Below are positions 44,043 through 54,218 of a stretch of DNA of 60,251 nt, piece after piece. The DNA is from a virus (lineage: Duplodnaviria > Caudoviricetes), in IMG/VR virus record IMGVR_UViG_3300033153_001386, positions 1 through 60,251 of that record; one strand, written 5' to 3'. The number at the start of each line of letters is the position of its first letter. The stretch's first letter is position 1. Under the pieces are notes generated by a model. The model did no database searches. It had not been told where the DNA came from and saw nothing but the letters and a program-made list of their open reading frames with translations. The translations under genes and the position numbers were made by a program.

Positions 44043-46478
44043 ATGAAAGACGTCAAGATAAATATCTCCAGTGCTGGGTTTCCTAATCAGTTCGTTTCTG
44101 ACGCGGAGAAAGCTAGTGATGAGTATGGCTTGATGGTCGGTCAGGCCATTCAGTATGAGTGGTTTAAGAAGGATGGTAGCCAGTGCCGGTTTTACAACCA
44201 GTGGCGGGAGTTCAATCGCCTGCGTCTTTACGCTCGTGGTGAGCAGAGTATTGCTAAGTACAAGAACGAGCTTGCCGTCGACGGCGACCTTTCGTATTTG
44301 AATTTGGACTGGACCCCGGTTCCCATCTTGCCGAAGTTTATTGACATCGTAGTCAACGGTATGTCTGAGCGCGTCTTCAAGGTAAAGGCTTACGCGCAAG
44401 ACGCGTTGTCTCAGGCCAAGCGAAGCAAGTATCAGGATATGATTGAGGGTCAGATGGTAGCCAAGCCTGTCTTGGAAATCATCCAGCAAAAGACTGGTGT
44501 CGACCCATTTACCATGAACCCCGACGACTTGCCTAGCAGCGACGAGGAACTCAAGGTATACATGCAGCTTAACTACAAGCCTGCCATTGAGATTGCTGAA
44601 GAGGAGGCCATCAATACCATCCTCGAAGAAAACCACTACACCGACACGCGCAAAAGGTTGGACTACGACCTCGCTGTTTTGGGACTTAGTGTGGCTAAGC
44701 ACGAGTTCTTGCTTGGTTCTGGCGTTCAGGTATCTTATGTAGACCCGGCTAACGTAGTGTATAGCTATACCGAAGACCCGTACTTCAAGGACTGTTTCTA
44801 TTGGGGAGAGATTAAGACTTTGCCGATTACGGAGCTCATGAAGATTGACCCCAGCCTCACCAACGAGGACTTGGAGGAAATCAGTAAGTACAGTCAAAGC
44901 TGGTACGACTACTACAACACAGCTCAGTATTACGAGAACGATATGTTCCATCGTGATACAGCCACGTTGATGTACTTCAATTACAAGACGACCAAGAAGG
45001 TGGTCTATAAGCGTAAGAAGCTTGAGGGCGACGGCGCTCGCGTTATTGAAAAGGACGACCAGTTCAACCCTCCCGAGGAGATGATGGAGGAGGGTTCATA
45101 CGAGAAGGTTGAGAAGACCATTGACGTATGGTACGACGGCGTTATGGTTATGGGGACCAACATCCTATTGAAGTGGGAAGTGGCACAGAACATGGTGCGC
45201 CCTAAGTCTGCGTCTCAGCATGCCTTGCCAAACTATGTGGCTACAGCACCACGGATGTATAAGGGCGTTATCGAGTCGCTTACGCGGCGTATGATTCCTT
45301 TCGCGGACCTCATTCAAATTACGCACCTCAAGCTACAGCAGGTTATCTCTCGCACCGTTCCTGACGGAGTGTATATCGATGCTGATGGATTGAGTGAGGT
45401 AGACCTTGGTACGGGCAATGCCTATAGTCCAGAGGATGCTTTGCGCTTGTACTTCCAAACTGGTAGTGTAGTGGGGCGCTCATACACCCAAGACGGAGAG
45501 TACAATCAGGGAAAGGTTCCTATCCAAGAGCTGAATAGCAACAGCGGTGCCGCCAAGACGCAGATGCTGATTGGTAATATGAATCATTATTTGCAGATGA
45601 TTCGTGACGTAACGGGACTCAACGAGGCCCGCGACGGAAGTACTCCTGACCCCAACAGTCTTGTTGGATTGCAGAAGCTGGCTGCTGCCAATAGCAATAC
45701 GGCTACCCGACACATCTTGGATGGTAGCCTGTATATGTTCCGCTCTCTGGCTGAGGCACTTACATATCGTGTTAGCGATATTCTGGAGTACGCTGACTTC
45801 AAGGATGAGTTCGTTAATCAGATTGGTAAATACAACGTCAGTATCCTCCGTGAGATTAGTGAGCTGTACATCTATGACTTCGGTGTATTTATTGAGATTA
45901 GCCCCGACGAGGAGCAGCGTGCTCAGCTTGAGGCGAATATCCAAATGGCTTTGAGCAAGGGTGGTATCGACCTTGAGGACGCCATAGATATCCGAGAGAT
46001 TAAAAACATTAAGCTCGCCAACCAACTTCTCAAGATTAAGCGTGTTGCGAAGCAGGAGGAGGAGCGTCAGTTCCAGCTCCAGCAGCAGCAGATGCAGGCG
46101 CAGAACAACATGCAGTCACAGCAGATGGCGGCGCAGACCGCTATGCAAAAGATTCAGGCTGAGGCCCAGAGTAAGATGCAGGTCAAGCAGGCGGAGATTG
46201 CTTTCGAGATTGAGAAGATGCAAGCTGAGGCTCAGGCTAAGGCTCAGCTTATGGACCTTGAGTTCAAGTATAACCAACAGCTTCATGGCATGCAGGAGCA
46301 GCAGTTGCAGGTTCGGGAGGATAAGCGTGAAGACGCTAAGTCAAGCAGAATCAGTCAACAAAATACTGAGCAGAGCAAGCTTATTGACCAGCGGAAGAAT
46401 AACTTGCCGCCTATGAATTTCGAGTCGAACGAGGACAGCCTCGATGGTTTCGACTTGGCCGAGTTTAGTCCACGATAA
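44043..46478 (+). CDS. Portal protein
   Basis: 811 aa directly after TerL; PKFIDIVVNG, IRDVTGLNEARDG; Q-rich C-terminal barrel typical of podovirus portals. Confidence 0.85.
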   Translation: MKDVKINISSAGFPNQFVSDAEKASDEYGLMVGQAIQYEWFKKDGSQCRFYNQWREFNRLRLYARGEQSIAKYKNELAVDGDLSYLNLDWTPVPILPKFIDIVVNGMSERVFKVKAYAQDALSQAKRSKYQDMIEGQMVAKPVLEIIQQKTGVDPFTMNPDDLPSSDEELKVYMQLNYKPAIEIAEEEAINTILEENHYTDTRKRLDYDLAVLGLSVAKHEFLLGSGVQVSYVDPANVVYSYTEDPYFKDCFYWGEIKTLPITELMKIDPSLTNEDLEEISKYSQSWYDYYNTAQYYENDMFHRDTATLMYFNYKTTKKVVYKRKKLEGDGARVIEKDDQFNPPEEMMEEGSYEKVEKTIDVWYDGVMVMGTNILLKWEVAQNMVRPKSASQHALPNYVATAPRMYKGVIESLTRRMIPFADLIQITHLKLQQVISRTVPDGVYIDADGLSEVDLGTGNAYSPEDALRLYFQTGSVVGRSYTQDGEYNQGKVPIQELNSNSGAAKTQMLIGNMNHYLQMIRDVTGLNEARDGSTPDPNSLVGLQKLAAANSNTATRHILDGSLYMFRSLAEALTYRVSDILEYADFKDEFVNQIGKYNVSILREISELYIYDFGVFIEISPDEEQRAQLEANIQMALSKGGIDLEDAIDIREIKNIKLANQLLKIKRVAKQEEERQFQLQQQQMQAQNNMQSQQMAAQTAMQKIQAEAQSKMQVKQAEIAFEIEKMQAEAQAKAQLMDLEFKYNQQLHGMQEQQLQVREDKREDAKSSRISQQNTEQSKLIDQRKNNLPPMNFESNEDSLDGFDLAEFSPR

Positions 46479-46489
46479 AATATATATAA

Positions 46490-47557
46490 ATGGAAATTAA
46501 AGTAAGAGAGGTAACTGAGGTGGAGTCTAAGTCTACACAGCAGGTAGAGCAGGAACTGCTCGATAAGCACGCGGCGAAACAAGAGGGTAACGTTACTCCC
46601 GAGTCCGAGCCCGAGCCCGAGGCTCCCTCGTTGTCTGAGGACGAGGTACGGTCGTTCTTGAGTACGCGATACGGGCGTGAGATTGGCTCGTTGGACGAGC
46701 TAAACGAGGTGCGTGAAACGCAGGTGGAGTTGCCAGAGGATGTGGCGGCGTACTACAAGTACAAGCAAGAGACCGGTCGCGGTCTGCAAGATTTTATGAA
46801 AGTCAACCAAAACCTTGCCGAAGCAGACGGGGATGGGTTACTAAAAGAATACCTCCTACAAACTGAAGACGGCCTCGATGCAGAGGACGTAGAGATGATG
46901 ATGGAGGACTATAAGTTTGATGAAGACCTCGATGACGAGGCCGACATTAAAAAGGCTAAATTAGCCAAGAAGAAAGCTGTTGCTAAAGCACGGAAATACT
47001 TCGAAGAAGAGAAGGAGAAATACCAAGCACCTCTTGAGTCAAGGGGCGCAGGTTCTCTGGAGCAATCTGAGGAGTACAAAGAGTACAAGCAATATGTTGA
47101 GCAGGCGAAGACTTACCAAGAGGAGCAAAAGCGCAGGAAGGATTGGTTTGACGAAAAGACAGGAGAGGTGTTCAGTGAACAGTTCAAAGGTTTTGAGTTC
47201 AATCTAAACGACAAGTCCTACGTGTATTCTCCCGGTGACCGTGGTGAATTGAAGAAGTTGCAGCAAACTCCCGAGGCTTGGTTAAACAAGTATCTGGATG
47301 AGCAGGGCTTAGTCAAGGACGCTAAGGGGTACCACAAGTCATTAGCCGTCGCGATGAACCCCGAGAAGTTTGCCGAGTTCTTTTACGAGCAAGGCAAAGC
47401 GGCTGCGGTGGATGACGTGATGCGAAAGACTAAAAACATTAACATGTCCGAGCGTCCCGTTCCTCAAGCTGTTTCTAAGGGGGAATTCAAAGTTCGAGCC
47501 GTAACACCTAATTCGGGTAACGGCTTGAAAATTCGTAGTCCAAGAAACAAATCATAA
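46490..47557 (+). CDS. Capsid scaffolding protein
   Basis: Acidic, coiled-coil 355 aa between portal and MCP. Confidence 0.7.
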   Translation: MEIKVREVTEVESKSTQQVEQELLDKHAAKQEGNVTPESEPEPEAPSLSEDEVRSFLSTRYGREIGSLDELNEVRETQVELPEDVAAYYKYKQETGRGLQDFMKVNQNLAEADGDGLLKEYLLQTEDGLDAEDVEMMMEDYKFDEDLDDEADIKKAKLAKKKAVAKARKYFEEEKEKYQAPLESRGAGSLEQSEEYKEYKQYVEQAKTYQEEQKRRKDWFDEKTGEVFSEQFKGFEFNLNDKSYVYSPGDRGELKKLQQTPEAWLNKYLDEQGLVKDAKGYHKSLAVAMNPEKFAEFFYEQGKAAAVDDVMRKTKNINMSERPVPQAVSKGEFKVRAVTPNSGNGLKIRSPRNKS

Positions 47558-47563
47558 GAAAAC

Positions 47564-49003
47564 ATGGCAGGTTCAGTAAACACAACCCCGGGGTTCCAAC
47601 TCCAGCCGAGCGCAGACCAAGTCCCGCTCTCGACAAACTACATCACCAACTTCAACTTTCTCAACCAGTATCTCCCTGATACTTACGAGAAGGAGTTCGA
47701 GCGTTATGGAAATCGCACAGTAGCATCGTTCCTCCGTATGGTTGGCGCGGAGTTGCCATCCAATTCAGACCTCATCAAGTGGGCTGAGCAGGGTCGTCTC
47801 CACACCAAGTATGTCGAGTGTGGCACGACAGCCGCTGCTGCTGCTAATGTCGCAACATTTCAAGTCAATGACGTCTTGAACGCTAACGGATTTGTTGGTG
47901 GCCATACAGCTAACAACATCGCTATCCGTGTCGGTCAAACTGTAATGCTTGACCAGAACAATGGCACCGGAAGTAACAAGGCTATCGTGACCGACGTTGA
48001 CCTTACGCTCAATCAGTTTGACGTTGCGTTCTATGACGCTGGTGGATACGCTGGTGTTGCTGGAGCCCTTACGGACACTAATGTAACTGTGTTCATTTAC
48101 GGTTCTGAGTTCGAGAAAGGAACTTTAGGAATGGATGGTTCACTCGAAGCTGAGGACGAAATCTTTGAGTGCAGCCCTATCATTCTGAAGGACAAGTATG
48201 CGGTCAATGGTTCTGACATGGCTCAGATTGGATGGATTGAAGTGACCACCGAGAACGGTGCGAATGGATACCTCTGGTACATGAAGTCTGAGCACGAGAC
48301 CCGTCTCCGATTCGACGACTACCTCGAGACATCTATGCTGGAAGCAGTTCCTGCTGACGTAGGTGGTGCTGGTTCAGGTGCAGCGTCTGCTGGTTACAAG
48401 GGTACCGACGGTATCTTCTATACCCTCGAGACTCGTGGTAACGTTTGGTCTGGCGGTATCCCCGCCGCTTTGGCTGACTTCGATGCAATCATCTCTCGCT
48501 TGGATAAGCAGGGTGCCATCGAGGAGAACGTCATCTTCGTTAACCGTGACTTCGGGTTTGCCATCGACGATATGTTGGCTGCTCAGAATAGCTACGGTGC
48601 TGGCGGAACTAGCTACGGCTTGTTCGACAACGACGAGCAGATGGCTCTCAACCTTGGCTTCACAGGCTTCCGCCGTGGTTACGACTTCTACAAGTCTGAC
48701 TGGAAGTACTTGAACGACCCAACTATGCGTGGTGGTCTCGCTTCTGGCGGAATCAACGGCATGATGGTTCCTGCCGGTAGCACTACCGTGTACGACCAAG
48801 TGTTGGGTAAGAACGCCAAGCGTCCGTTCCTCCACGTCCGCTACCGTGCCTCTGAGACTGAGGACCGCCGGTACAAGACTTGGATTACAGGTTCTGCTGG
48901 CGGAGCTATGACTAGCGACCGTGACGCGATGGAAGTAAACTACCTCTCTGAGCGTGCAGTATGCACCATGGGAGCGAACAACTTCTTCCTGTTTAACGAC
49001 TGA
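47564..49003 (+). CDS. Major capsid protein
   Basis: 479 aa after the scaffold; strongly biased codon use; WAEQGRLH motif recalled from Bacteroidota podovirus capsids. Confidence 0.8.
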   Translation: MAGSVNTTPGFQLQPSADQVPLSTNYITNFNFLNQYLPDTYEKEFERYGNRTVASFLRMVGAELPSNSDLIKWAEQGRLHTKYVECGTTAAAAANVATFQVNDVLNANGFVGGHTANNIAIRVGQTVMLDQNNGTGSNKAIVTDVDLTLNQFDVAFYDAGGYAGVAGALTDTNVTVFIYGSEFEKGTLGMDGSLEAEDEIFECSPIILKDKYAVNGSDMAQIGWIEVTTENGANGYLWYMKSEHETRLRFDDYLETSMLEAVPADVGGAGSGAASAGYKGTDGIFYTLETRGNVWSGGIPAALADFDAIISRLDKQGAIEENVIFVNRDFGFAIDDMLAAQNSYGAGGTSYGLFDNDEQMALNLGFTGFRRGYDFYKSDWKYLNDPTMRGGLASGGINGMMVPAGSTTVYDQVLGKNAKRPFLHVRYRASETEDRRYKTWITGSAGGAMTSDRDAMEVNYLSERAVCTMGANNFFLFND

Positions 49004-49017
49004 TTCTAACCGGGTAT

Positions 49018-49040
49018 TGGGGGCGCAATCGGCGCCCCCA
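49018..49040 (+). terminator. GC-rich hairpin after the MCP gene (weak terminator or mRNA stabiliser)
   Basis: tgggggcgc-aatcg-gcgccccca; no clear U-tract. Confidence 0.5.
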
Positions 49041-49066
49041 CTATCCATCCCTTTAAATAAATTATT

Positions 49067-49798
49067 ATGAAAAACAAAGTATACCGCTTGAAGCGGAAGA
49101 ACACCCCTATCGCATTTATGATTCCCGGTCGCGGAAACGGCTCTAACCCCCTTCTGTATTGGGATGAGGACCGAGGAGAGAACCGCCCCTTGCGCTACGC
49201 GCGGAATCAGAAGAGCCCTTTCGAGGATGAGCAGGACGGCAACGCCATTGTTGAGCCCATCGTATTTGAAGACGGGTTCTTGAGTGTCCCAAAAAACAAC
49301 CCTGTCTTGCAGGAGTTTCTCCATTACCATCCTATGAATGGTATTAAGTATGAGGAGGTCAACGAAGAGCGTGACGCAGGCGCTGAAGTTGAGCAGCTTA
49401 ACCTCGAGGTGGACGCCTTGGTTGAGTGCAAGAACATGAGTATCGAGGCTTTGGAGCACGTCTCACGGGTCTTGTTGGGCATTGACCCCACTCGCATTAC
49501 TACGTCGGAGTTGCGCCGCGATATGCTCATCTATGTGCGTCGCGACCCAGAGACGTTCCTGCGCGTAGTGAACGACCCAGACTTGAAGTTGCAGTCTAAG
49601 ATTCAGAGATTCTTTGACGACAACCTGTTGTCTTTCCGACGCAACAAGACGGAAATTTGGTTCAACGGACCGACGAATAAAAAGAAGCTTGTCACCATTC
49701 CATTCGGCGAAGACCCTGTGGCTTTGGCTACGGCCTACTTGCTTAGTGATGAGGGCCTCGACCACCTTCGCTCTCTCGATGCTTTAATTTCAGAGTAG
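49067..49798 (+). CDS. Conserved protein following the MCP
   Basis: 243 aa, LRYARNQKSPFEDEQ...FEDGFL.VP. Confidence 0.7.
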   Translation: MKNKVYRLKRKNTPIAFMIPGRGNGSNPLLYWDEDRGENRPLRYARNQKSPFEDEQDGNAIVEPIVFEDGFLSVPKNNPVLQEFLHYHPMNGIKYEEVNEERDAGAEVEQLNLEVDALVECKNMSIEALEHVSRVLLGIDPTRITTSELRRDMLIYVRRDPETFLRVVNDPDLKLQSKIQRFFDDNLLSFRRNKTEIWFNGPTNKKKLVTIPFGEDPVALATAYLLSDEGLDHLRSLDALISE

Positions 49799-49810
49799 TA
49801 CATTTGAGTC

Positions 49811-50122
49811 ATGGACAGGTATATTTCAATCCCCATTAAGCCAGCGTCGGGCTCTCCGTACGAGAAATTGGTTAACGTCAGTTCAGTTACCATTAAGGAC
49901 GACGAAGGCCAAGGCACTCTTCTAGTTGCGCAAAACATGTACGACCCACGAGTGTGGAGTTTTGATGCAAGGCAGACCACGGGGGGGCCGGCCACTGATG
50001 ATGATGTTTGCGGATGGATGAGTCGCGCCATTGTGGCTTTTAACGGAGTATCTGGCCCTGTTCAAAAGGCTCTAGATAGTCCTAAGTTTTACTTCAGAAG
50101 CTTTTCTTACGTATCATCATGA
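49811..50122 (+). CDS. Hypothetical protein
   Basis: Preceded by TACATTTG; 103 aa. Confidence 0.6.
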   Translation: MDRYISIPIKPASGSPYEKLVNVSSVTIKDDEGQGTLLVAQNMYDPRVWSFDARQTTGGPATDDDVCGWMSRAIVAFNGVSGPVQKALDSPKFYFRSFSYVSS

Positions 50123-50505
50123 GCACTAAATTTTTAGGTCCGTTCATCACTTCTTTTTCTGGACCGCGTTCAAGTTCGTCTACGCGTAGCTACGCTAACT
50201 TCTCTAACATCATGGCCATCGATTCCCTTTCCGGTGGTAACGAAAACGATGACCAGTACGCAGCGATTAAGACTATTCCTGCGGGATATGATTCAGGTTC
50301 AGATAGCATGTCGTTGATTGGGTTTGATTTTGTCAATGCAGACGGAACTGCTCCAGTTCCCGATGTGGACCGTGGGTATTTAAAGTTTCTCAACAGAAAC
50401 CTCATCAACGTTCTTACGTCTAGACCTGACGATGTAGTTGTCCCTGTTGATTACACTGTCGGTCTTCAGACCAGACACATTAACGTATACACAGATTACA
50501 CCTGA
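50119..50505 (+). CDS. Hypothetical protein
   Basis: 128 aa, coupled on both sides. Confidence 0.6.
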   Translation: MSTKFLGPFITSFSGPRSSSSTRSYANFSNIMAIDSLSGGNENDDQYAAIKTIPAGYDSGSDSMSLIGFDFVNADGTAPVPDVDRGYLKFLNRNLINVLTSRPDDVVVPVDYTVGLQTRHINVYTDYT

Positions 50506-51275
50506 TGAAAACTATTTCAACTCCGCTCCGTCGGATTCTTGAAGATGTGGTCGACAACTCACTCACCAGTCTGGGAGAGTTCGATTCATTTGACGCGAAT
50601 ACCTATGTCTTGGTCGACGCTAGTGCAAACTTCCCTACTACGGGTGGCGTTGGCGACATCGTATTTAATCCAGATGACTCTCGTCGATGGGCAACTATTG
50701 TTAGTGTAGATAGTACCACTCAGATTACTCTTGATGGCCCTATTGGCGCTCCGTCATATACATACTATTCCGTCTCACCTGCCGCTACCGCCTTCCAAGT
50801 TGTCACAGATAGTAATTCCGTCGCTCAGAAATGGATTAGCACCTATAGCGTAGGCGATAAAGTTACTTGTCTAGGGGGTCAAGAAATTACCTATTTCAAC
50901 TTGGGAGTAGCTACAATCTTGTCTATCGACTATGATGCGACTGTGGGTTCAGAAACCGCTACGCTGACGTTGGATTTACCAATGTATACTTCCGATAATG
51001 TTTACGGATATGTGAAAGGGGAAATACAAACTATTCCAGTTAATGAGGTGCAGCTGGTAAACTTCATTCTCGAAGAAGATTCGTTCTACGCCGAGATTAC
51101 TTTTAATGGAGATTCGGCTGCGCAACTGTATACGGGAATTGCTTCAGGTGATGAAGCGAGTTATCTTGAATTTGAGAAGAATTTTATGGATGCCGTTCAA
51201 AAGGTACTTCGCAGTCCTTGGCCTACAGCCAACGCTATGATTAAAGACTCTTACGGAATGTACTTTGAGTATTAA
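50505..51275 (+). CDS. Hypothetical beta-rich structural protein
   Basis: LVDASANF...GDIVFN....ATIVSVDSTTQITL resembles the module in the 32888 gene. Confidence 0.55.
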   Translation: MKTISTPLRRILEDVVDNSLTSLGEFDSFDANTYVLVDASANFPTTGGVGDIVFNPDDSRRWATIVSVDSTTQITLDGPIGAPSYTYYSVSPAATAFQVVTDSNSVAQKWISTYSVGDKVTCLGGQEITYFNLGVATILSIDYDATVGSETATLTLDLPMYTSDNVYGYVKGEIQTIPVNEVQLVNFILEEDSFYAEITFNGDSAAQLYTGIASGDEASYLEFEKNFMDAVQKVLRSPWPTANAMIKDSYGMYFEY

Positions 51276-51302
51276 TATAGTTACTCTTTCAGAATTCAAA
51301 AG

Positions 51303-51328
51303 AGCCACCTTCGGGTGGCTTTTTTTTT
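51303..51328 (+). terminator. Intrinsic terminator
   Basis: agccacc-ttcg-ggtggct followed by T8. Confidence 0.9.
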
Positions 51329-51341
51329 AGACCTTCGTTTC

Positions 51342-52565
51342 ATGAAGCGTTGGCTCCTACTACTCTACTTCCCTTTATCTTCTTACGCCCAGTGCGACCT
51401 TGAGCTCCTTGACTTTAACTCCGTGAATGGGTTGGTTACGGTGGCGTTTCACAATACCAATGGTTGCGGTGGTACGGGCGGTCCCGATGGGGTGTCCGAA
51501 ATTCAATTCGGATTCCAAGCTGTAGACGAGGACTGTAATGCCATGAATATCGGGTGGGACTTCCCGTTTGAATTTTCTATCTCGGGCACAAACAACCATC
51601 CCGGATGGATATTCTCTTCTACTACTACTGAGCTCGGAGGGAATTGGACGAACCTGTATGACGACTCTCTAGACCCCCCGTACTATACGGGGGATACGGT
51701 CTCGTTCCCTGTATTCAATTCATATCAGAACGATTGTGTGGACGGTGAGTTCTCCGGCTTTGCTAGTTGTGAGCTTTCTAACGTCATCGACTACTGGGCT
51801 AGTGAGGGGTACAGCATTCAGGTTGTGATATGGCAGATTAGCTATGGGCCTACTATGTATGCGGCTGACGGAGGTTGGGCTGAGGTTGGTGTTAATGGTG
51901 ACGGTACTTCGTGGGGAAGCGGATTATATGAAGATGCCAACTTCATAGACAATTGGATTGTGGTGGGCCCATGCGGTGAGCCGCTACCTGAGGTTGTCGT
52001 GGACACGGTGTATATCGAGCTGCCAGCGGATACCGTTGTGATAGTAGAGTACGACACGCTATACATTGAGTTGCCGCCCGATACGATTCTTTTGGTAGAG
52101 TACGACACTACGTTTGTGGAGCTCCCTACCGATACGATTCTTTTAGTAGAGTACGATACCACCTATATCGAGTTGCCACCTATTTCCGTGGTGGTTTGGG
52201 ACACGGTCTATATTACGCTTTTAGACACCATAATCGTAGAGGTAGACTGTCAGACTGGGCAGGAGTGCTTAGAGGTTATCGAGTGCCCCATATATGCTCC
52301 TAACGCCTTTACACCGGACAACGACGGGGTCAACGACACTTGGTTTATTGAGGCTCCCAACGACTGCTGGGACAACGTGTACATCAGGGTGTATTCTAGG
52401 TGGGGAGATTTGGTATGGGTTTCGAAAGACTTCAGCGAGAGATGGGACGGTGGTTTCGACAAGGCTTATGTTCGTGACGACGTGTATGTCTATCACTTTG
52501 TGGCTAGAAATATCTATAGCAATCAGTGGGTTGAGCGTACTGGTCACGTGCTAGTATTGAGATGA
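51342..52565 (+). CDS. Secreted protein with a Sec signal peptide, a D-T-x repeat stalk and a T9SS type-B (CHU_C / gliding-motility-associated) C-terminal domain
   Basis: MKRWLLLLYFPLSSYA|Q; C-terminal YAPNAFTPDNDGVNDTW...VYSRWG.LV...WDG...VYVY...GHV.VLR. Confidence 0.85.
   Translation: MKRWLLLLYFPLSSYAQCDLELLDFNSVNGLVTVAFHNTNGCGGTGGPDGVSEIQFGFQAVDEDCNAMNIGWDFPFEFSISGTNNHPGWIFSSTTTELGGNWTNLYDDSLDPPYYTGDTVSFPVFNSYQNDCVDGEFSGFASCELSNVIDYWASEGYSIQVVIWQISYGPTMYAADGGWAEVGVNGDGTSWGSGLYEDANFIDNWIVVGPCGEPLPEVVVDTVYIELPADTVVIVEYDTLYIELPPDTILLVEYDTTFVELPTDTILLVEYDTTYIELPPISVVVWDTVYITLLDTIIVEVDCQTGQECLEVIECPIYAPNAFTPDNDGVNDTWFIEAPNDCWDNVYIRVYSRWGDLVWVSKDFSERWDGGFDKAYVRDDVYVYHFVARNIYSNQWVERTGHVLVLR
52002..52232 (+). 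repeat. 51-bp (17-aa) tandem repeats DTxYIELPxDTIxxVEY
   Basis: gtagagtacga x3, gatacgattct x2. Confidence 0.9.
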
Positions 52566-52578
52566 TTATCTTTAGAGA

Positions 52579-53295
52579 ATGATTGATTCAGTCCGTCAAA
52601 CCGTGCTATCCATTCTTAATAAGAACAATTACGGTTACGTATCTCCATCCGACTTCAATCTCTTTGCCAAGCAGGCGCAGCTAGAGATTTTTGAGAACTA
52701 CTTTACTGGCCTCAACCAAGCCATCAACGCGGAGAACGCGCGTATGTCTGGTACGGACTACGCCAATATGACCAAGGGCATCAACGAGGACATCGACATC
52801 TTCTCGGTGTCTAAGGATTTGACACAGAATACAAACAACCTGTTCTTTACACCAAGTGTCACAACCACCAGTGACGACTACTACTTGCTGAACAAGGTAT
52901 TGGTCAACGGAGCTGAAGCCGAGCCTGTTACGCATAGCCGCATCACCATGTTGGCCAACTCGAACTTGACGGCTCCGTCGGAACAGTATCCTGCTTACAC
53001 CATCGACAATCCCGCCGCTGGTCAGGTGGTCACAGTATATCCTACAGGCACTACGTACGCACAGGGCGATGTGGTGTGCCAATACGTGCGGTATCCCTTC
53101 GACCCGAAGTGGACGTATGTCACGCTTGCCAACGGAGAGCCTGTATTCAATCAGTCCTCTACGGACTACCAAGACTTTGAGCTGCCTATCGATGATGAAC
53201 CTAGGCTTGTGTATGGCATCTTACAGATGGCTGGCATGAGCATCCGAGAGGGCGACGTCTATCAGTACGCTAACGCAGAAGAGAAAGAGCAGTAA
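52579..53295 (+). CDS. Head-tail adaptor/ring-like protein
   Basis: LNKNNYGY.SP.DFNL.A..AQ; Y.RYP..PKW; position before the tail genes. Confidence 0.6.
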   Translation: MIDSVRQTVLSILNKNNYGYVSPSDFNLFAKQAQLEIFENYFTGLNQAINAENARMSGTDYANMTKGINEDIDIFSVSKDLTQNTNNLFFTPSVTTTSDDYYLLNKVLVNGAEAEPVTHSRITMLANSNLTAPSEQYPAYTIDNPAAGQVVTVYPTGTTYAQGDVVCQYVRYPFDPKWTYVTLANGEPVFNQSSTDYQDFELPIDDEPRLVYGILQMAGMSIREGDVYQYANAEEKEQ

Positions 53296-54218
53296 TGGCA
53301 TACATCACAGACTACCAGTATTACGAGAACGGGGGCAATACTCCTGAAGACGCGAACTGGGGAAGCTACCAATACGTTTCGTTGCAGGATATCGTCAACA
53401 ACTTCCTGTTGATGTACAACGGCAACCACTCTCTTGTTAATAACGAGGAGCGGTACAAGATTTTGTTTCATGCCAAGCGGGCCATTCAAGAGTTGAACTA
53501 CGACTCCTTGAAAGAGATTAAGGTTCTTGAGCTCAGTGTCTGTGATAGCTTACGGTTTGTCCTACCTCCCGACTACGTCAATTGGGTGCGTATCTCTCTT
53601 TATAAGGACGGAATCCTGCGACCGTTAACGGAGAATATCCAGACAAATTGGAGTTCGGCGTATCTGCAAGACAACAACTGCCGTATTCTTTTTGACGAGA
53701 CGGGGGCTACGCTACGCCCTCAAGATTCTACCATCGACTTCGACCGTATTACTGGAACCAAGCCTAGTATCTACCTCAACGGAAACAATCAGTTCGACGG
53801 TCAGCTCGGGTATTGCTGCGATGGTTCTTGGTATTTCGACTACAACATAGGCGCCCGCTATGGCTTGAACACGGAGACTGCTAACGCAAATCCCACGTTT
53901 AGCATCAACAAGAAGGGGGGTGTCATCAACTTCAGCAGTCACATGGCTGACGAGCTGTGCGTCATCGAGTACGTTAGCGACGGCATGGAGGGCGGTAACA
54001 ACGCTGAGATTAGCGTGAACAAGATGTTCGAGGAATATGTGTACGCATACATCCAGTACGCCATCCTTGACGCTAAGTTGGGTGTACAGGAATACATCGT
54101 GGGTCGGGCGAGGAAGAAAAAGAACGCGCTTCTTCGCAACGCGAAGCTTCGTGTCAGTAACATCCACCCCGGGCGTTTGCTGATGAATATGCGTGGTCGC
54201 GACAAGTGGATTAAGTAA
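53295..54218 (+). CDS. Second tail ring/adaptor-like structural protein
   Basis: 307 aa, FHAKRAIQEL.YD, LPPDYVNWVR; TAATG-coupled. Confidence 0.6.
   Translation: MAYITDYQYYENGGNTPEDANWGSYQYVSLQDIVNNFLLMYNGNHSLVNNEERYKILFHAKRAIQELNYDSLKEIKVLELSVCDSLRFVLPPDYVNWVRISLYKDGILRPLTENIQTNWSSAYLQDNNCRILFDETGATLRPQDSTIDFDRITGTKPSIYLNGNNQFDGQLGYCCDGSWYFDYNIGARYGLNTETANANPTFSINKKGGVINFSSHMADELCVIEYVSDGMEGGNNAEISVNKMFEEYVYAYIQYAILDAKLGVQEYIVGRARKKKNALLRNAKLRVSNIHPGRLLMNMRGRDKWIK

Noticed and set aside
43692-44951. 419-aa minus-strand ORF, and similar long antisense ORFs (48374-49459, 6559-7353, 59322-60104, 30381-31082)
   Set aside because: Antisense shadows of strongly codon-biased real genes; no motifs or start context
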